A DNA stretch of 46,367 nucleotides from Minisyncoccia bacterium (GCA_044234345.1 JBIIIW010000003.1:1-46367), one strand, 5' to 3'; counted from the stretch's first letter, positions 11,074 through 21,502 are shown. Program-made: numbers and translations. Notes: generated by a model not told the origin, from the sequence alone.

Positions 11074-11505
11074 TTATTTAAATATTACTGGTAATATATA
11101 TATCTCACCATTCTCCTCTGGAAAAGCTGTAGTATCAGATTTAAATATGAGTTTACCCTCTGAACCCTTGATATAGTTACTGAACTCTAAATCTCCGATA
11201 AATGTAACGAAGTCTTTAGTCATCCAGTCACCTTGAGCTGATACATGCCCTTCTGCAATCTTGTTACCATAGCTATCCTCTAGTATTACTGGGAATATAC
11301 CTTCGAAGAACCATTTGCCACGAGCACGGCCTGCAATACTTAATGGAGAAGATATCTCTGCATCTTTAATTGGAGAAGTTATGAGGATATCTTTTCTTCT
11401 ATCAGAAGGAGTTAGATCTATAACATTATCAAAATACACTGATATCTTTACTGATAGCAAAAATACTACAGCGATACATATAATTATAAATATAGTTCTT
11501 CTCAT
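11074..11505 (-). CDS. Membrane-anchored Gmad2 immunoglobulin-like domain protein
   Basis: N-terminal TM, ISSPL.I.GRARGKWFFEG.FPV, DWMT.DFV.F. Confidence 0.8.
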   Translation of the reverse strand: MRRTIFIIICIAVVFLLSVKISVYFDNVIDLTPSDRRKDILITSPIKDAEISSPLSIAGRARGKWFFEGIFPVILEDSYGNKIAEGHVSAQGDWMTKDFVTFIGDLEFSNYIKGSEGKLIFKSDTTAFPEENGEIYILPVIFK

Positions 11506-11517
11506 GTATTGATAATA

Positions 11518-11895
11518 TCAGACTTCTAAATCTAGGCAAACTGAATTAAGACAGTATCTCTTACCTGTCTTTGTGGGACCATCATTGAATACATGTCCTA
11601 GATGAGAGTTACAGTTAGAACAAACAATCTCAGTTCTAGTCATGCCATGAGTATTATCCTCAATCTGCTTTATTGCTCCAGGTAGTGCTTCATCGAAGCT
11701 TGGCCATCCTGTACCTGAGTCAAACTTTGCATCTGAAGAAAACAACCTATTACCACATACGACACAGACATACATACCGTCCTTATCCTCATACACATAC
11801 TTACCAGTAAATGGTGCTTCGGTACCCTTTTCTCTAAGTACCTTATATTGCTCAGGTGTAAGCTTCTTCTTTAGTTCTTCTTCATTAATTTCCAT
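11518..11895 (-). CDS. msrB: Methionine-R-sulfoxide reductase
   Basis: [32 protein letters not shown], two CxxC. Confidence 0.97.
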   Translation of the reverse strand: MEINEEELKKKLTPEQYKVLREKGTEAPFTGKYVYEDKDGMYVCVVCGNRLFSSDAKFDSGTGWPSFDEALPGAIKQIEDNTHGMTRTEIVCSNCNSHLGHVFNDGPTKTGKRYCLNSVCLDLEV

Positions 11896-11897
11896 AT

Positions 11898-12431
11898 TTA
11901 TTTAATTAAACTATTAAATCTCTCTTGTAATTTCTCAAGCTTTGGTGCGATTACTAACTGACAATATGGCTGACTGCTATTGTTCTCATAATACTTCTTA
12001 TGATATTCCTCAGAAGGATAGAACTTGGTAAGTGGAACTACTTCAGTAACTATATCTCTGTCATATGCCTTACTCTCATTTAATTCTTGTATTAATTTAT
12101 CTGATTTAATCCTCTGTTCTTCATTTGTATAGAATATTGCTGAGCGATACTGTGTACCAACATCATTACCCTGACGATTTAGAGTAGTAGGATCGTGAGT
12201 ATTAAAGAATACTGAGAGTAGATCATCGAAGGATATCAGATTTTGATCATACTCAATCTGTATAGCTTCAGCATGACCTGTGTTACCATTACAAACTGAT
12301 TCATAACTAGGATTCTCTGTCTCACCTCCTGTATATCCTGGGGTAACGGATTTAACTCCCTTTAGCATTGAAAAAACTGCTTCAGTACACCAGAAGCATC
12401 CGTTTGCAAAGACAGCTGTATTAATATTCAT
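11898..12431 (-). CDS. msrA: Methionine-S-sulfoxide reductase
   Basis: [34 protein letters not shown]; start moved to 12431. Confidence 0.97.
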   Translation of the reverse strand: MNINTAVFANGCFWCTEAVFSMLKGVKSVTPGYTGGETENPSYESVCNGNTGHAEAIQIEYDQNLISFDDLLSVFFNTHDPTTLNRQGNDVGTQYRSAIFYTNEEQRIKSDKLIQELNESKAYDRDIVTEVVPLTKFYPSEEYHKKYYENNSSQPYCQLVIAPKLEKLQERFNSLIK

Positions 12432-12451
12432 TAGTACATTATACAACCAAA

Positions 12452-13579
12452 CTAGTGTATATGCTTAATCTCTGGAGCATCATCAGGTACAGCTTCACCA
12501 TCAATTTTAACAATCATCCACACTGAAATGAGTGTAGTTATTGGCACGGCAAGTATTAGTCCGATACTACCAATTAATGTTCGTATAATCTCAACAGCAA
12601 ATATCTCTCTATTAAGTACAGATATACTTGTATTACTAGACGTTGAGAAGAGTAGCAGGAGAGGTAGTGATGCACCTACGTAAGCTATGGCTAGAGTATC
12701 AACTAGTGCACCTATATGTTCTCTACCCATACGTAATGCTCTTAGATATATCTTTTTTCTACTTACTCTAGGTGCAATCTTATGTAGTTCTTCGACTGAT
12801 ATTGCTTGACCTATAGCGACATCATATAGCACTCCGAGTAATCCAATCATGATTCCACTTAAGAGTATTCCTACCATGTCTATACTTCCTCTGGTACTTA
12901 AGTTTAGATATACAGCCTCCTCTGACTCAAATCCAGTTAGTTTAGTAGCATCTACAGAGTAGTATGCGAGTGCTCCAGTTATTAATATGGTTACAAGCAT
13001 ACCGAACACCGCTGATGTTGTTGTCTTATTGAATCCATGAGTTATATACGATCCTAGAATTATTATCATTGAAGAAACTAGCATACTTACAATTATCGGT
13101 GAGTACCCATCTAGGATACTTGGTATGAGTACATACATAATTAGAAGCAAGCTACCAGCAAGACTTAGTAGTCCACGTATACCTTGTACACCACCGATTA
13201 ATACAGTTAGGACGATAAATACAACTGTCAGTATAACTATCGCGGGTAATCTATATGAATCAAAAACTGTATACATCTGTAGATTGTCTTCAGCACGAAC
13301 TGTATCGTTTAGAAGAAATACATCACCGTGATCCAGTTTTAGATAATCATCTTTAATATCGATAACCATACCCTTCTTCTCACCTTCAAGAATCTTAACT
13401 CTCAATGATTGATACGTAGTCACTACATCAGTTCCTGGAACGTTCTTGGTTTCCTCACTTAATACACTTACAACTTCTGCTTTAACTATAGATGTCTTAT
13501 CTTGCAGGAGACTAGGACTTTGTGCGCTAACAAAGTTAAATGATGACAGTAATATAATTGTTATTATTATCCTATACAT
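12452..13579 (-). CDS. YibE/F family membrane protein
   Basis: Signal peptide, soluble domain, TM bundle with GLLGVLYDVAIGQ, GREHIGALVDTL..AYVGASLP, EIIRTLIGSIGL. Confidence 0.88.
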   Translation of the reverse strand: MYRIIITIILLSSFNFVSAQSPSLLQDKTSIVKAEVVSVLSEETKNVPGTDVVTTYQSLRVKILEGEKKGMVIDIKDDYLKLDHGDVFLLNDTVRAEDNLQMYTVFDSYRLPAIVILTVVFIVLTVLIGGVQGIRGLLSLAGSLLLIMYVLIPSILDGYSPIIVSMLVSSMIIILGSYITHGFNKTTTSAVFGMLVTILITGALAYYSVDATKLTGFESEEAVYLNLSTRGSIDMVGILLSGIMIGLLGVLYDVAIGQAISVEELHKIAPRVSRKKIYLRALRMGREHIGALVDTLAIAYVGASLPLLLLFSTSSNTSISVLNREIFAVEIIRTLIGSIGLILAVPITTLISVWMIVKIDGEAVPDDAPEIKHIH

Positions 13580-13965
13580 TTTTTACAGATTCCAAAAAAT
13601 TCAAGTGAGTGTTCATTAACAATACCGAACTTATTAGACTTAGGTTTAAGTTCACTAATGCCACATACATGTATTTCCTCTATATCATTACAATTAGTAC
13701 AAACGATGTGATGGTGATGACTTCTTACCATTTCGTAGTACAGAGAATCACCTCTTAGATCTACTCTTTTGATTATATTACATTTTAGGAAAGTTTCTAT
13801 TGTTCTATATATAGTAACAACATCTATCTTTTTATTACCTATTTTCTTTGCAATACCTTCTACGGTAATTGGTTCATGACTTGAGTTCAATATCTTGTAT
13901 ATCTCCTCTCTTGCTTTGGTAATCTTTAAATGATTTTTGGTTAGTATGTCGACTAAAGTTTTCAT
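13567..13965 (-). CDS. Fur family regulator, probably Zur-like
   Basis: TIYRTI, HHHHIVCTNC, HSLEFFGICKKC; divergent from a ZIP transporter. Confidence 0.9.
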   Translation of the reverse strand: MKTLVDILTKNHLKITKAREEIYKILNSSHEPITVEGIAKKIGNKKIDVVTIYRTIETFLKCNIIKRVDLRGDSLYYEMVRSHHHHIVCTNCNDIEEIHVCGISELKPKSNKFGIVNEHSLEFFGICKKCIG

Positions 13966-13984
13966 TTGAATATTATACAACAAA

Positions 13985-13999
13985 TGCAACTAACTTGCA
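13985..13999. promoter_or_regulatory. Candidate Fur/Zur operator
   Basis: Palindrome TGCAA-CTAAC-TTGCA in the 63-bp divergent gap between regulator and ZIP gene. Confidence 0.6.
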
Positions 14000-14028
14000 A
14001 TTATATTAAAATAGTATATTGTGTATGC

Positions 14029-14793
14029 ATGATAATTTATATTTTAATTAGTTCGGTATTAATAATGTTAGCTTCCCTTATTGGATCTATATCTATATGG
14101 AAGAGTTTGGGTGGGGCTATAGAGAAGAATCTTCACTATCTTGTTAGCTTCTCTGCTGGAGTGTTCCTACTAATATCATATGGCCTAGCTCATGAGTCTA
14201 TAGAGCATTTAGAAAGTTATACTACTGGAGGACTATGGATACTAGCTGGTATCGTATTATCTATTGTTATTTTTAAAGTATTACCTGAGTTCCACCATCA
14301 TCATGATGCTAATCATAATGATCACACTCATTCTGCTATAGATTCTAGAAGAATACTGGTAAGTGATGCTATACATAACATTGGTGACGGTATACTACTT
14401 GCTGCATCTTTTTCAGTTAGTGTCACACTAGGACTTACAACCGCTCTTAGTGTATTCATCCACGAAGTGATTCAAGAAATATCTGAATTTTTTGTTCTTA
14501 AGCAAGCGGGATACAGCACAAAGGGTGCACTGAAGGCTAACTTTATCGTCTCATCAACAGTATTAATTGGTGCAATTGGTGGATACTTCCTACTTGATAG
14601 GTTTGAAGCTTTTGAGGCTCCGCTATTAGGCATTACTGCTGGATCATTCTTTGTCATTATATTCCACGATCTAATACCCCACTCTATAAAGGATATAGTT
14701 AGAGGTAGACATGCAGTGAAGCACATTGTGTATTTCTTACTAGGTCTAGCAAGTATGCTAGTTGTTAGTAATCTTTTCTCTCACCTACACTAA
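14029..14793 (+). CDS. ZIP family metal transporter
   Basis: SFSAGV, His-rich loop HHHHDANHNDHTH, DAIHNIGDG, HEVIQEISEF; start moved to ATG 14029. Confidence 0.93.
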   Translation: MIIYILISSVLIMLASLIGSISIWKSLGGAIEKNLHYLVSFSAGVFLLISYGLAHESIEHLESYTTGGLWILAGIVLSIVIFKVLPEFHHHHDANHNDHTHSAIDSRRILVSDAIHNIGDGILLAASFSVSVTLGLTTALSVFIHEVIQEISEFFVLKQAGYSTKGALKANFIVSSTVLIGAIGGYFLLDRFEAFEAPLLGITAGSFFVIIFHDLIPHSIKDIVRGRHAVKHIVYFLLGLASMLVVSNLFSHLH

Positions 14794-14794
14794 G

Positions 14795-16057
14795 TTAGTC
14801 TACGAAAGTTAGAGCCTTACCCTTCTTGTTTGCACGTCCTGTTCTTCCGATTCTGTGAACATAGTCATCGTATGTAGCAGGTATATCAAAGTTGATAACA
14901 TGACTTACATCAGGTATATCAAGTCCTCTTGCAGCAACGTCTGTAGCTACTAGTATTTGTACTTGATTCTCTTTGAATCCCTTTAGTGCACGCTGTCTTT
15001 GACTATGATTCTTGTCTCCGTGTATAGATTCTGCTTTGAATCCTTTCTCTATTAGAGCTTTAGATAGCTTCTCTACTCCATGCTTTGTTCTACCGAAGAT
15101 TATAACCTTGTTGAAATCTTCTTTTGATAGCAATTCACCTAGTACATCAAACTTGTTCATTCCTCTTGCAACACGAACGATATCTTGTTCAATATTCTTT
15201 GAAGTATCTCTTGTCTTAACTGATATTCTTACTGGCTCATGTAGGAATTCTCCGATCATTCTCTCGATTTCTGGTGATAGAGTAGCTGAGAAAAAGAGAG
15301 TGTGTCTTGGCTTAGGCATACCAGCCATTAGATATCTCATATCATTTACGAATCCCATATCAAGCATACGATCAGCTTCGTCTAGTACGATAGTTGAGAA
15401 TTGATTTAGTACAATTGCCTTTCTCTCGATTAGATCCTTAAGTCTTCCTGGAGTACCGATTATAAACTCATTTACATATCTTAGTTCAGAAAGTTGCTTA
15501 CCAATGTATGCACCTCCAACGCAACATACAGAGAATATCTTCATACCTGCTGTAAAGCCTGTAAGTTCATTCTGTATCTGTATTGCAAGTTCACGTGTTG
15601 GAACTACGATTAGAATCTTGTTCTTTCTGTTCTTAAGCACCTTATCAATCAAAGGTATTAGGAATGCTGCGGTCTTACCTGTTCCTGTATTAGCTATACC
15701 TACGATATCTTGTCCCTTTAGAATATGAGGTATTGATCTGTCCTGAATTGGAGTGGGTAGAGTATATCCTTTCTTTATAATTCCTGACTTTAAGTTTTCT
15801 TCAATAGCAAAATCAGCAAACTTATGTTCTGGAACGAAGTGTTCTACTTCCTCAGTTATTGTTGCTTTGTTTATAAATCTTGCATGAGAAATGTTCTCGC
15901 CTTGTGGTCCGCGATTATGACTTCTTGCCTTATTATGGAATCTTTTAGGTCCGTTTCCTGGTCTTCCTCCTCCTCTAAATGGTGGTCTTGAGCCATATCC
16001 TGGTCTACTTGAACTAGAGTTTCCTCTGCCTGCACCGCTTGAATTATTTCTGTACAT
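14795..16057 (-). CDS. DEAD-box RNA helicase
   Basis: Q motif, TGTGKT, PTRELA, TPGRL, DEAD, SAT, HRIGRTGRA; RG-rich N-terminal tail. Confidence 0.97.
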   Translation of the reverse strand: MYRNNSSGAGRGNSSSSRPGYGSRPPFRGGGRPGNGPKRFHNKARSHNRGPQGENISHARFINKATITEEVEHFVPEHKFADFAIEENLKSGIIKKGYTLPTPIQDRSIPHILKGQDIVGIANTGTGKTAAFLIPLIDKVLKNRKNKILIVVPTRELAIQIQNELTGFTAGMKIFSVCCVGGAYIGKQLSELRYVNEFIIGTPGRLKDLIERKAIVLNQFSTIVLDEADRMLDMGFVNDMRYLMAGMPKPRHTLFFSATLSPEIERMIGEFLHEPVRISVKTRDTSKNIEQDIVRVARGMNKFDVLGELLSKEDFNKVIIFGRTKHGVEKLSKALIEKGFKAESIHGDKNHSQRQRALKGFKENQVQILVATDVAARGLDIPDVSHVINFDIPATYDDYVHRIGRTGRANKKGKALTFVD

Positions 16058-16072
16058 ATATTATTGATCTAC

Positions 16073-16101
16073 ATAATATATTAAAATGATAAATGTGTCA
16101 A
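16073..16101 (-). promoter_or_regulatory. sigma70 promoter of the helicase gene
   Basis: TTGACA-17 bp-TATTAT, directly abutting the upstream terminator. Confidence 0.7.
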
Positions 16102-16102
16102 G

Positions 16103-16130
16103 AAAACCCCAGCCAATTGCTTGGCAGGGG
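16103..16130 (-). terminator. Intrinsic terminator
   Basis: CCCCTGCCAA-GCAA-TTGGCTGGGG (one mismatch) followed by TTTTCTT on the minus strand. Confidence 0.8.
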
Positions 16131-16142
16131 CTGTTCTGAAAG

Positions 16143-16949
16143 CTATACGAAGAGTTTGTCCAACCACACTATTACCGCAACCGGCTTTGGTGGCGAGCTA
16201 ACAAATTCCTCAACAACAACTTTCTCGTTGTGCTCAAAGGCTCTAGGCCATGGAGCGTATGTCCCGAAAACGAAGTCTGGTATCGGGATACCGAAGAAAG
16301 CACTGATTCCTTCATTACAATCGATGTTGTAATGATGGCGCATATGGAAGCAATACACTGAAGTCCAGAATCCTCCAAAAGTCTTGTGAGTTACCTTCGG
16401 TTTCCAGAAGGTATCAAACGACAGATGTTCAATCATGTGCATTATCTCATACAGTATGATTGCCCACGTAACTGAGATACCTGCACCGAGCATAATGGGC
16501 CAATTCGGAAAGACCAATTGTGCTGGTATGGATATGATCAGAGATACTGCCAAAAAAATCGCTAGAGAATACCAAGGAAAGTATGATGCTTCGTATTGGC
16601 TCTCAACGAGAATTGGGTATCTGTTGAATACTCTACCCTCTCCACCATCAACATCGATCAATTTAACATTTGTAAGTCTATGGTGGAGAGTATGCTGACG
16701 GCACAGACTTTCGAGAAACGGAAACGGTCTGTGAAGCATGTATCGATGGAAAAAGTATTCAGCAAATGCTGTTATGAGGTGCCAGTTCAAGAAGACAATA
16801 AATATCATCGAGGCTGGACTTTCGATTTGAATTGCCCAGATTCCTGGAGCAACAGTCTTTATGGCAAGTAGGTATAACGCGAAGGTTATAGAGACTACTG
16901 CGATAAAGAAAGGTATAGACAACTTTTTGTGAGTTTTCTTGTTCTTCAT
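16143..16949 (-). CDS. Fatty acid hydroxylase/sterol desaturase superfamily membrane enzyme
   Basis: Four His boxes EYFFHRYMLH, HTLHH, YEIMHMIEH, HMRHH; TM segments; DFVFGT. Confidence 0.85.
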   Translation of the reverse strand: MKNKKTHKKLSIPFFIAVVSITFALYLLAIKTVAPGIWAIQIESPASMIFIVFLNWHLITAFAEYFFHRYMLHRPFPFLESLCRQHTLHHRLTNVKLIDVDGGEGRVFNRYPILVESQYEASYFPWYSLAIFLAVSLIISIPAQLVFPNWPIMLGAGISVTWAIILYEIMHMIEHLSFDTFWKPKVTHKTFGGFWTSVYCFHMRHHYNIDCNEGISAFFGIPIPDFVFGTYAPWPRAFEHNEKVVVEEFVSSPPKPVAVIVWLDKLFV

Positions 16950-17022
16950 GGTAGGAGCAGTTTATCTGACAGCATTATACCACCTTATACATACAAATTT
17001 TAAAATATGCTAGTATCAATAC

Positions 17023-18252
17023 ATGGAAGATACAATCTATGATGTAGCAGTTATCGGTGGTGGTCCTGCTGGTATGATGGCAGCTGGTAGAGCCTGTAAG
17101 ACAGGTAAGGTAATTCTTCTTGAGAAGAATCCTACACTAGGAGTTAAGCTACTAATCACTGGAGGTGGTAGATGTAATGTTACTAATGCTCAATATGATG
17201 TACGTACTTTTCTTAAGAAATACAAAGAGAGTGACAAATTCCTTTTTTCTGCATTCTCTCAGTTTAGTGTAAAGGAGGCATTAGAATTCTTTAATGGCAA
17301 TGGAATGGATACTAAGGTAGAGGCTGAGAATCGAGTCTTCCCTGTTAGTAACTCTGCGCAATCGGTATGGGATGTACTTGTAAAGCAGATGGGTAACGTA
17401 ACTATAGTTAACAATACTACAGTTACTGGTTTTGATAGTGATGGTAAAGAGATTAAAGCTATTAACCTAAAGAATGGTAAAAAGGTATCTGCAAAGAAGG
17501 TTATACTAGCAACCGGTGGTAAGTCTAGACCAGAGACTGGATCTACTGGTGAGGGGTTTGATTGGCTCAAGAAGCTCGGTCACAATATCATTGCATCTAA
17601 CGAAGCTCTTGTACCCATAGCACTTAAGGACAAGTGGGTAAAGGATCTTTCTGGAGTTACCCTGCAAGATATTAAGTTAACAACCTACCAGAACAATACT
17701 AAGCAACAAGTTAACAAAGGCAAGCTATTATTCACTCATTTTGGTATCAGTGGTCCTACAGTACTTAATATGAGTAGTGATATTGGTGAACTACTTAAGT
17801 ATGGAGAAGTAGATATACGTCTAGACCTACTTCCTAATCTTGATCATGGAAACATGAATGCAAAGCTTCAGGAACTGTTCAAGATTGATGACAAGAAGAA
17901 GATTAAGAACTCTTTAGACTCTCTAATACCTTCTGCTCTAGTTGGTTTGGTATTAAAATCTGCAGGTATTGATGAGAACAAGACTAATAACTCAGTTAGT
18001 AGAGATGAGAGGATTAGACTGATAGATGCAATTAAGAATGTATCAATGAATGTTGATAGTCTTTTGGGATCTGACAAAGCTATTGTGTCTTCAGGTGGTG
18101 TAGATCTAACTGAAGTTGATTTTAAGACTATGCAATCTAAGATCATCAGCAACCTATACTTAGCGGGTGATGTTTTGAATATTGATAGGCCATCTGGAGG
18201 ATATAGCTTACAGCTTTGTTGGACTACTGGATGGATTGCTGGGGGGAATTAA
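17023..18252 (+). CDS. HI0933/YhiN/BaiN family flavoprotein
   Basis: GGGPAGMMAA, KLLITGGGRCNVTN, LATGG.S.P.TGSTG.G, LLFTHFGISGP, GGYSLQ. Confidence 0.93.
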   Translation: MEDTIYDVAVIGGGPAGMMAAGRACKTGKVILLEKNPTLGVKLLITGGGRCNVTNAQYDVRTFLKKYKESDKFLFSAFSQFSVKEALEFFNGNGMDTKVEAENRVFPVSNSAQSVWDVLVKQMGNVTIVNNTTVTGFDSDGKEIKAINLKNGKKVSAKKVILATGGKSRPETGSTGEGFDWLKKLGHNIIASNEALVPIALKDKWVKDLSGVTLQDIKLTTYQNNTKQQVNKGKLLFTHFGISGPTVLNMSSDIGELLKYGEVDIRLDLLPNLDHGNMNAKLQELFKIDDKKKIKNSLDSLIPSALVGLVLKSAGIDENKTNNSVSRDERIRLIDAIKNVSMNVDSLLGSDKAIVSSGGVDLTEVDFKTMQSKIISNLYLAGDVLNIDRPSGGYSLQLCWTTGWIAGGN

Positions 18253-18595
18253 TCGGAAAATCTAATTGAGCAACAGGTATTCCTATTGAAATACCATAAT
18301 CTATAGCCTGTTTCCAAGTACCCTTATTGTAATAGTTAATGTCGAAGGTTTTGTCTCTATAGACAACAACAATATCACCGTTACTATTCCAGAAGTGGGC
18401 GTACCACTTATTTGGCTTTATCACCCTAGAGAGTTCTTTTAACAAATTAGTATCACCTTCAACAGTGTGTATAGTCCATCGTTCGCTAGGTTCAACTTCA
18501 TTAGTAGTGCGAGTATCTAATACATTAAATTTAAATAGGATCGAAACATCCTCTAAACTTTCTTTTATAATTGTTCCTTTGAATAGATTTGTCAT
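18224..18595 (-). CDS. Hypothetical protein
   Basis: 123-aa ORF with KGTIIKESL, WYAHF, YGISIGIP.AQLDF; follows EVE and GIY-YIG genes; -10 box upstream. Confidence 0.75.
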   Translation of the reverse strand: MTNLFKGTIIKESLEDVSILFKFNVLDTRTTNEVEPSERWTIHTVEGDTNLLKELSRVIKPNKWYAHFWNSNGDIVVVYRDKTFDINYYNKGTWKQAIDYGISIGIPVAQLDFPINSPQQSIQ

Positions 18596-18599
18596 GTAA

Positions 18600-18848
18600 T
18601 TATTTTATATTAATTAATTCCTTCTTCCCCTCCCTCCCCATCTTCTTTATCTCCCATTCTCTCTTTAGAGCTTTGCTTTTAGTTTTAAATGCCTCGCTAT
18701 ATACAAGTCTTACTGGTCTTCTAGCCTTGGTGTACTTAGCTCCATTCTTACCAGTATTATGAGCCAATACTCTTCTATCTAAATCATTTGTATATCCTGT
18801 ATATAGTGTTGTATCTGCGCATAAGAGAATATATACATAGTGCTTCAT
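18600..18848 (-). CDS. Small GIY-YIG nuclease family protein
   Basis: YVYIL.CAD.TLYTGYT.D..RR...HN.G..GAKYT. Confidence 0.93.
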   Translation of the reverse strand: MKHYVYILLCADTTLYTGYTNDLDRRVLAHNTGKNGAKYTKARRPVRLVYSEAFKTKSKALKREWEIKKMGREGKKELINIK

Positions 18849-18849
18849 A

Positions 18850-19320
18850 CTACTTTGCTAGTTTTAATATTTCTTTAAAATGTTTTTCCTCCACAGGCAT
18901 AACTGATAGTCTCTGTCCTGTTTTAGCAACTAACATCTTCTTAAGCTCCTTGTCTTTCTTTATTACCTCAAGTGATACTGGTTTCTTGAACTTCTCTACA
19001 AAAGACATATCTACACAAATCCAGGTTGGATCCTTCCCCTCGAATTGATTCATTATAGAGTCTGGATCGTAATGTTCATCATTAGGATCAAATGCGGTAC
19101 TGTCTTCGTGTGGCTTGCTACTTACCTTAGCTATACCATATACACCTGATGGTTCTGAATTAGAGTGATAGTAGAGTACTAAATCTCCAATCTTCATATC
19201 GTCTCGCATAAAGTTTCTTGCTTGAAAGTTACGTACTCCAGTCCAAGGAGCTATCTTATCTTTCTTTAGATCATCGATTGAATAGCAATCTCCTTCTGAT
19301 TTTATTAGCCAGTATTTCAT
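18850..19320 (-). CDS. EVE domain protein
   Basis: YWLIKSE, WTGVRNFQARNFMR, YYHS, RLSVMPV. Confidence 0.95.
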   Translation of the reverse strand: MKYWLIKSEGDCYSIDDLKKDKIAPWTGVRNFQARNFMRDDMKIGDLVLYYHSNSEPSGVYGIAKVSSKPHEDSTAFDPNDEHYDPDSIMNQFEGKDPTWICVDMSFVEKFKKPVSLEVIKKDKELKKMLVAKTGQRLSVMPVEEKHFKEILKLAK

Positions 19321-19343
19321 ATTAAGTATGTTACTATATATGG

Positions 19344-19970
19344 ATGGATAATAGAAGCAGGAATATACTTATAGTCATCTTTGTAGCTATAGCTGTGGCA
19401 TTAACTCTAGTTTTTGTATTGAAGGGAGAAAAACGCATAACAAATATGGACTCTAAGGGTAGTACTATAGTTGCCTTTGGTGATAGTTTGGTGCAAGGAG
19501 TTGGTTCAACTGATGGTAATGATTTTGTTTCAGTGCTATCTAGAAGAATTGGTAGACCTATAATTAATCTCGGTGTAAGTGGTAATACAACTGCTGATGG
19601 TCTGTCTCGTATTGATTCTGCTCTCAAGCAAGATCCTAAGATTGTAATACTACTATTGGGTGGTAATGATTATTTAAAGAAAGTTCCAATAGATCAGACA
19701 TTTGATAACTTACAGAGAATAGTGATGGCAATACATAGTAAAGGGTCTATGGTTATCTTGCTTGGTGTAAGAGGAGGACTACTCAAAGACAACTTTGAAG
19801 ATAGGTTTAGGAATTTTGCTAAGAGAAACAATGTTGCATTTATACCTGATGTTCTTGATGGCATTATTTACAACAAGGAATTTCTATCAGACTCAATACA
19901 TCCAAATGATATTGGATACAAAATGATAGCTGATAGGGTTGAGCCTGTTCTAAGAGAATTACTTTTCTAG
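19344..19970 (+). CDS. Membrane-anchored GDSL/SGNH esterase
   Basis: FGDSL, GVSG.TT, LGGND, DSIHPN. Confidence 0.93.
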   Translation: MDNRSRNILIVIFVAIAVALTLVFVLKGEKRITNMDSKGSTIVAFGDSLVQGVGSTDGNDFVSVLSRRIGRPIINLGVSGNTTADGLSRIDSALKQDPKIVILLLGGNDYLKKVPIDQTFDNLQRIVMAIHSKGSMVILLGVRGGLLKDNFEDRFRNFAKRNNVAFIPDVLDGIIYNKEFLSDSIHPNDIGYKMIADRVEPVLRELLF

Positions 19971-21431
19971 GTCTAATATCTCGTCTATACGTATTTTTTC
20001 GATAAACTCAGGCACGTGAGATACGATTATCATTGCTCCTTCATACTTGTTTAGTGCTTCGGCAATAATCGGAAGATGTCTGAAGTTAATATGGTTTGTA
20101 GGCTCATCAAGTATCAGTAGTCCTGGTCTTTCTAGTACTAGTCTAGCGAATGCTACTAGTCCCTTCTGCCCTTCAGACAAACTACCTATCTTTATGTTTA
20201 TAACATCACTAGTTATGAGGAAACCTGCTGCTACTGTACGCATATCCTCTTCATTCTTCTTTACTGTTACATCAAGTAGTGATTCTCTTACTGTCTGATT
20301 GAAGTCTAGTGTAGAGAAGTCTTGTCTATAGTATCCAACGCGTACGTCTGGAGCTATTATCGATCCCTCACCAGCCTTAGCTATTGTCTCAAGTAGAGTA
20401 CTCTTACCAATACCATTAGGACCCTTAAGTAGAAGATGATTGTTTCTTCTTAGAGTTACCTTGGCCTTACGTTCAGTAGCCTTATGGTCTTTGATAACCT
20501 TATACGAATTAATATTAAGTATATCCCCTATCAACTCTGGTTGATGTGGAATTGTAAATGGTCGTATAGTCTTGTCCTCTCTTCTTACATCCACCATTTC
20601 TTCTTCTAGTTCTTCAGCCTTCTCTCTCATTCTCTTAGCAACTAGTCTCATTTGCCCTCCTTTGTTAGCGAAGAATCCTGCTTTGTCTTTGTTTTCTTGA
20701 ATCTCTTTGGCTAATTGAGCATTCTTCATATTCTCCTTCTCAATACGTAGACTAATCTGCTCTCTCACATCAAAGTAGTTACCGAAATATTGTTCAATCT
20801 TCTTTGTATATACATCAAGGTACAACACGCCATCTGTAAATGAGTTTAGGAAATCTGCATCGTGAGAGATAACTATAACAGTCTTAGGATATGATTTAAG
20901 AAACTGTGTTAAGTGCTCTATCCCCGCCTTATCAAGATTGTTTGTAGGCTCATCAAGGAGTAACAAGTCTGGGTTCTGTATGATAGCTGAAGCTAGTAGT
21001 AGTCGAGCTTGCTGTCCACCTGAGAATGATTTAACAATTCTGTCATATGGTGCATGGAAGTTTACAACTTCAAGTACTTCATCGATCTTTACATCAATAT
21101 CGTATATCTTCTTGTCGAAACATTTCTCGAAGAATTCTCGTACGGTAAGATCAAGAAGATCTCTAGGTATTACTTGTCTTGCTTGAGCTATAGATACTCC
21201 GTTTACAATATGAATCTTTCCTGATTCAGGTTTTGATTGTTTTGTGATTAGACTGAACAATGTACTCTTACCTGCTCCATTTTGTCCCATAAGGGTTACC
21301 TTCATACCACGCTTAACTGAGAACGAAGCCTCGTCTAATATTGGCTTGTTATGACCATACTCAAAAGAAACATCCTCAAAACTTAGAAGTGTCTCCTTTG
21401 GTGTATTTGACTGTTTGTCACTTTTCGACAT
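19959..21431 (-). CDS. ABC-F family ATPase
   Basis: Two ABC cassettes (GQNGAGKS/FSGGQ/LDEPTN and GPNGIGKS/LSEGQ/LDEPTNH), no TM segments. Confidence 0.92.
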   Translation of the reverse strand: MSKSDKQSNTPKETLLSFEDVSFEYGHNKPILDEASFSVKRGMKVTLMGQNGAGKSTLFSLITKQSKPESGKIHIVNGVSIAQARQVIPRDLLDLTVREFFEKCFDKKIYDIDVKIDEVLEVVNFHAPYDRIVKSFSGGQQARLLLASAIIQNPDLLLLDEPTNNLDKAGIEHLTQFLKSYPKTVIVISHDADFLNSFTDGVLYLDVYTKKIEQYFGNYFDVREQISLRIEKENMKNAQLAKEIQENKDKAGFFANKGGQMRLVAKRMREKAEELEEEMVDVRREDKTIRPFTIPHQPELIGDILNINSYKVIKDHKATERKAKVTLRRNNHLLLKGPNGIGKSTLLETIAKAGEGSIIAPDVRVGYYRQDFSTLDFNQTVRESLLDVTVKKNEEDMRTVAAGFLITSDVINIKIGSLSEGQKGLVAFARLVLERPGLLILDEPTNHINFRHLPIIAEALNKYEGAMIIVSHVPEFIEKIRIDEILDLEK

Positions 21432-21502
21432 GAATTAGAGCATAGCACAAGGAGAGGGGGATGGGAAGAAAATTAGTTAACCAAATTCCAATTAAATAAA
21501 TT

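Noticed and set aside
18224-19320. EVE plus GIY-YIG as a modification-dependent restriction system
   Set aside because: Both are the common small stand-alone forms, unfused, with no other defence genes nearby; adjacency alone is insufficient
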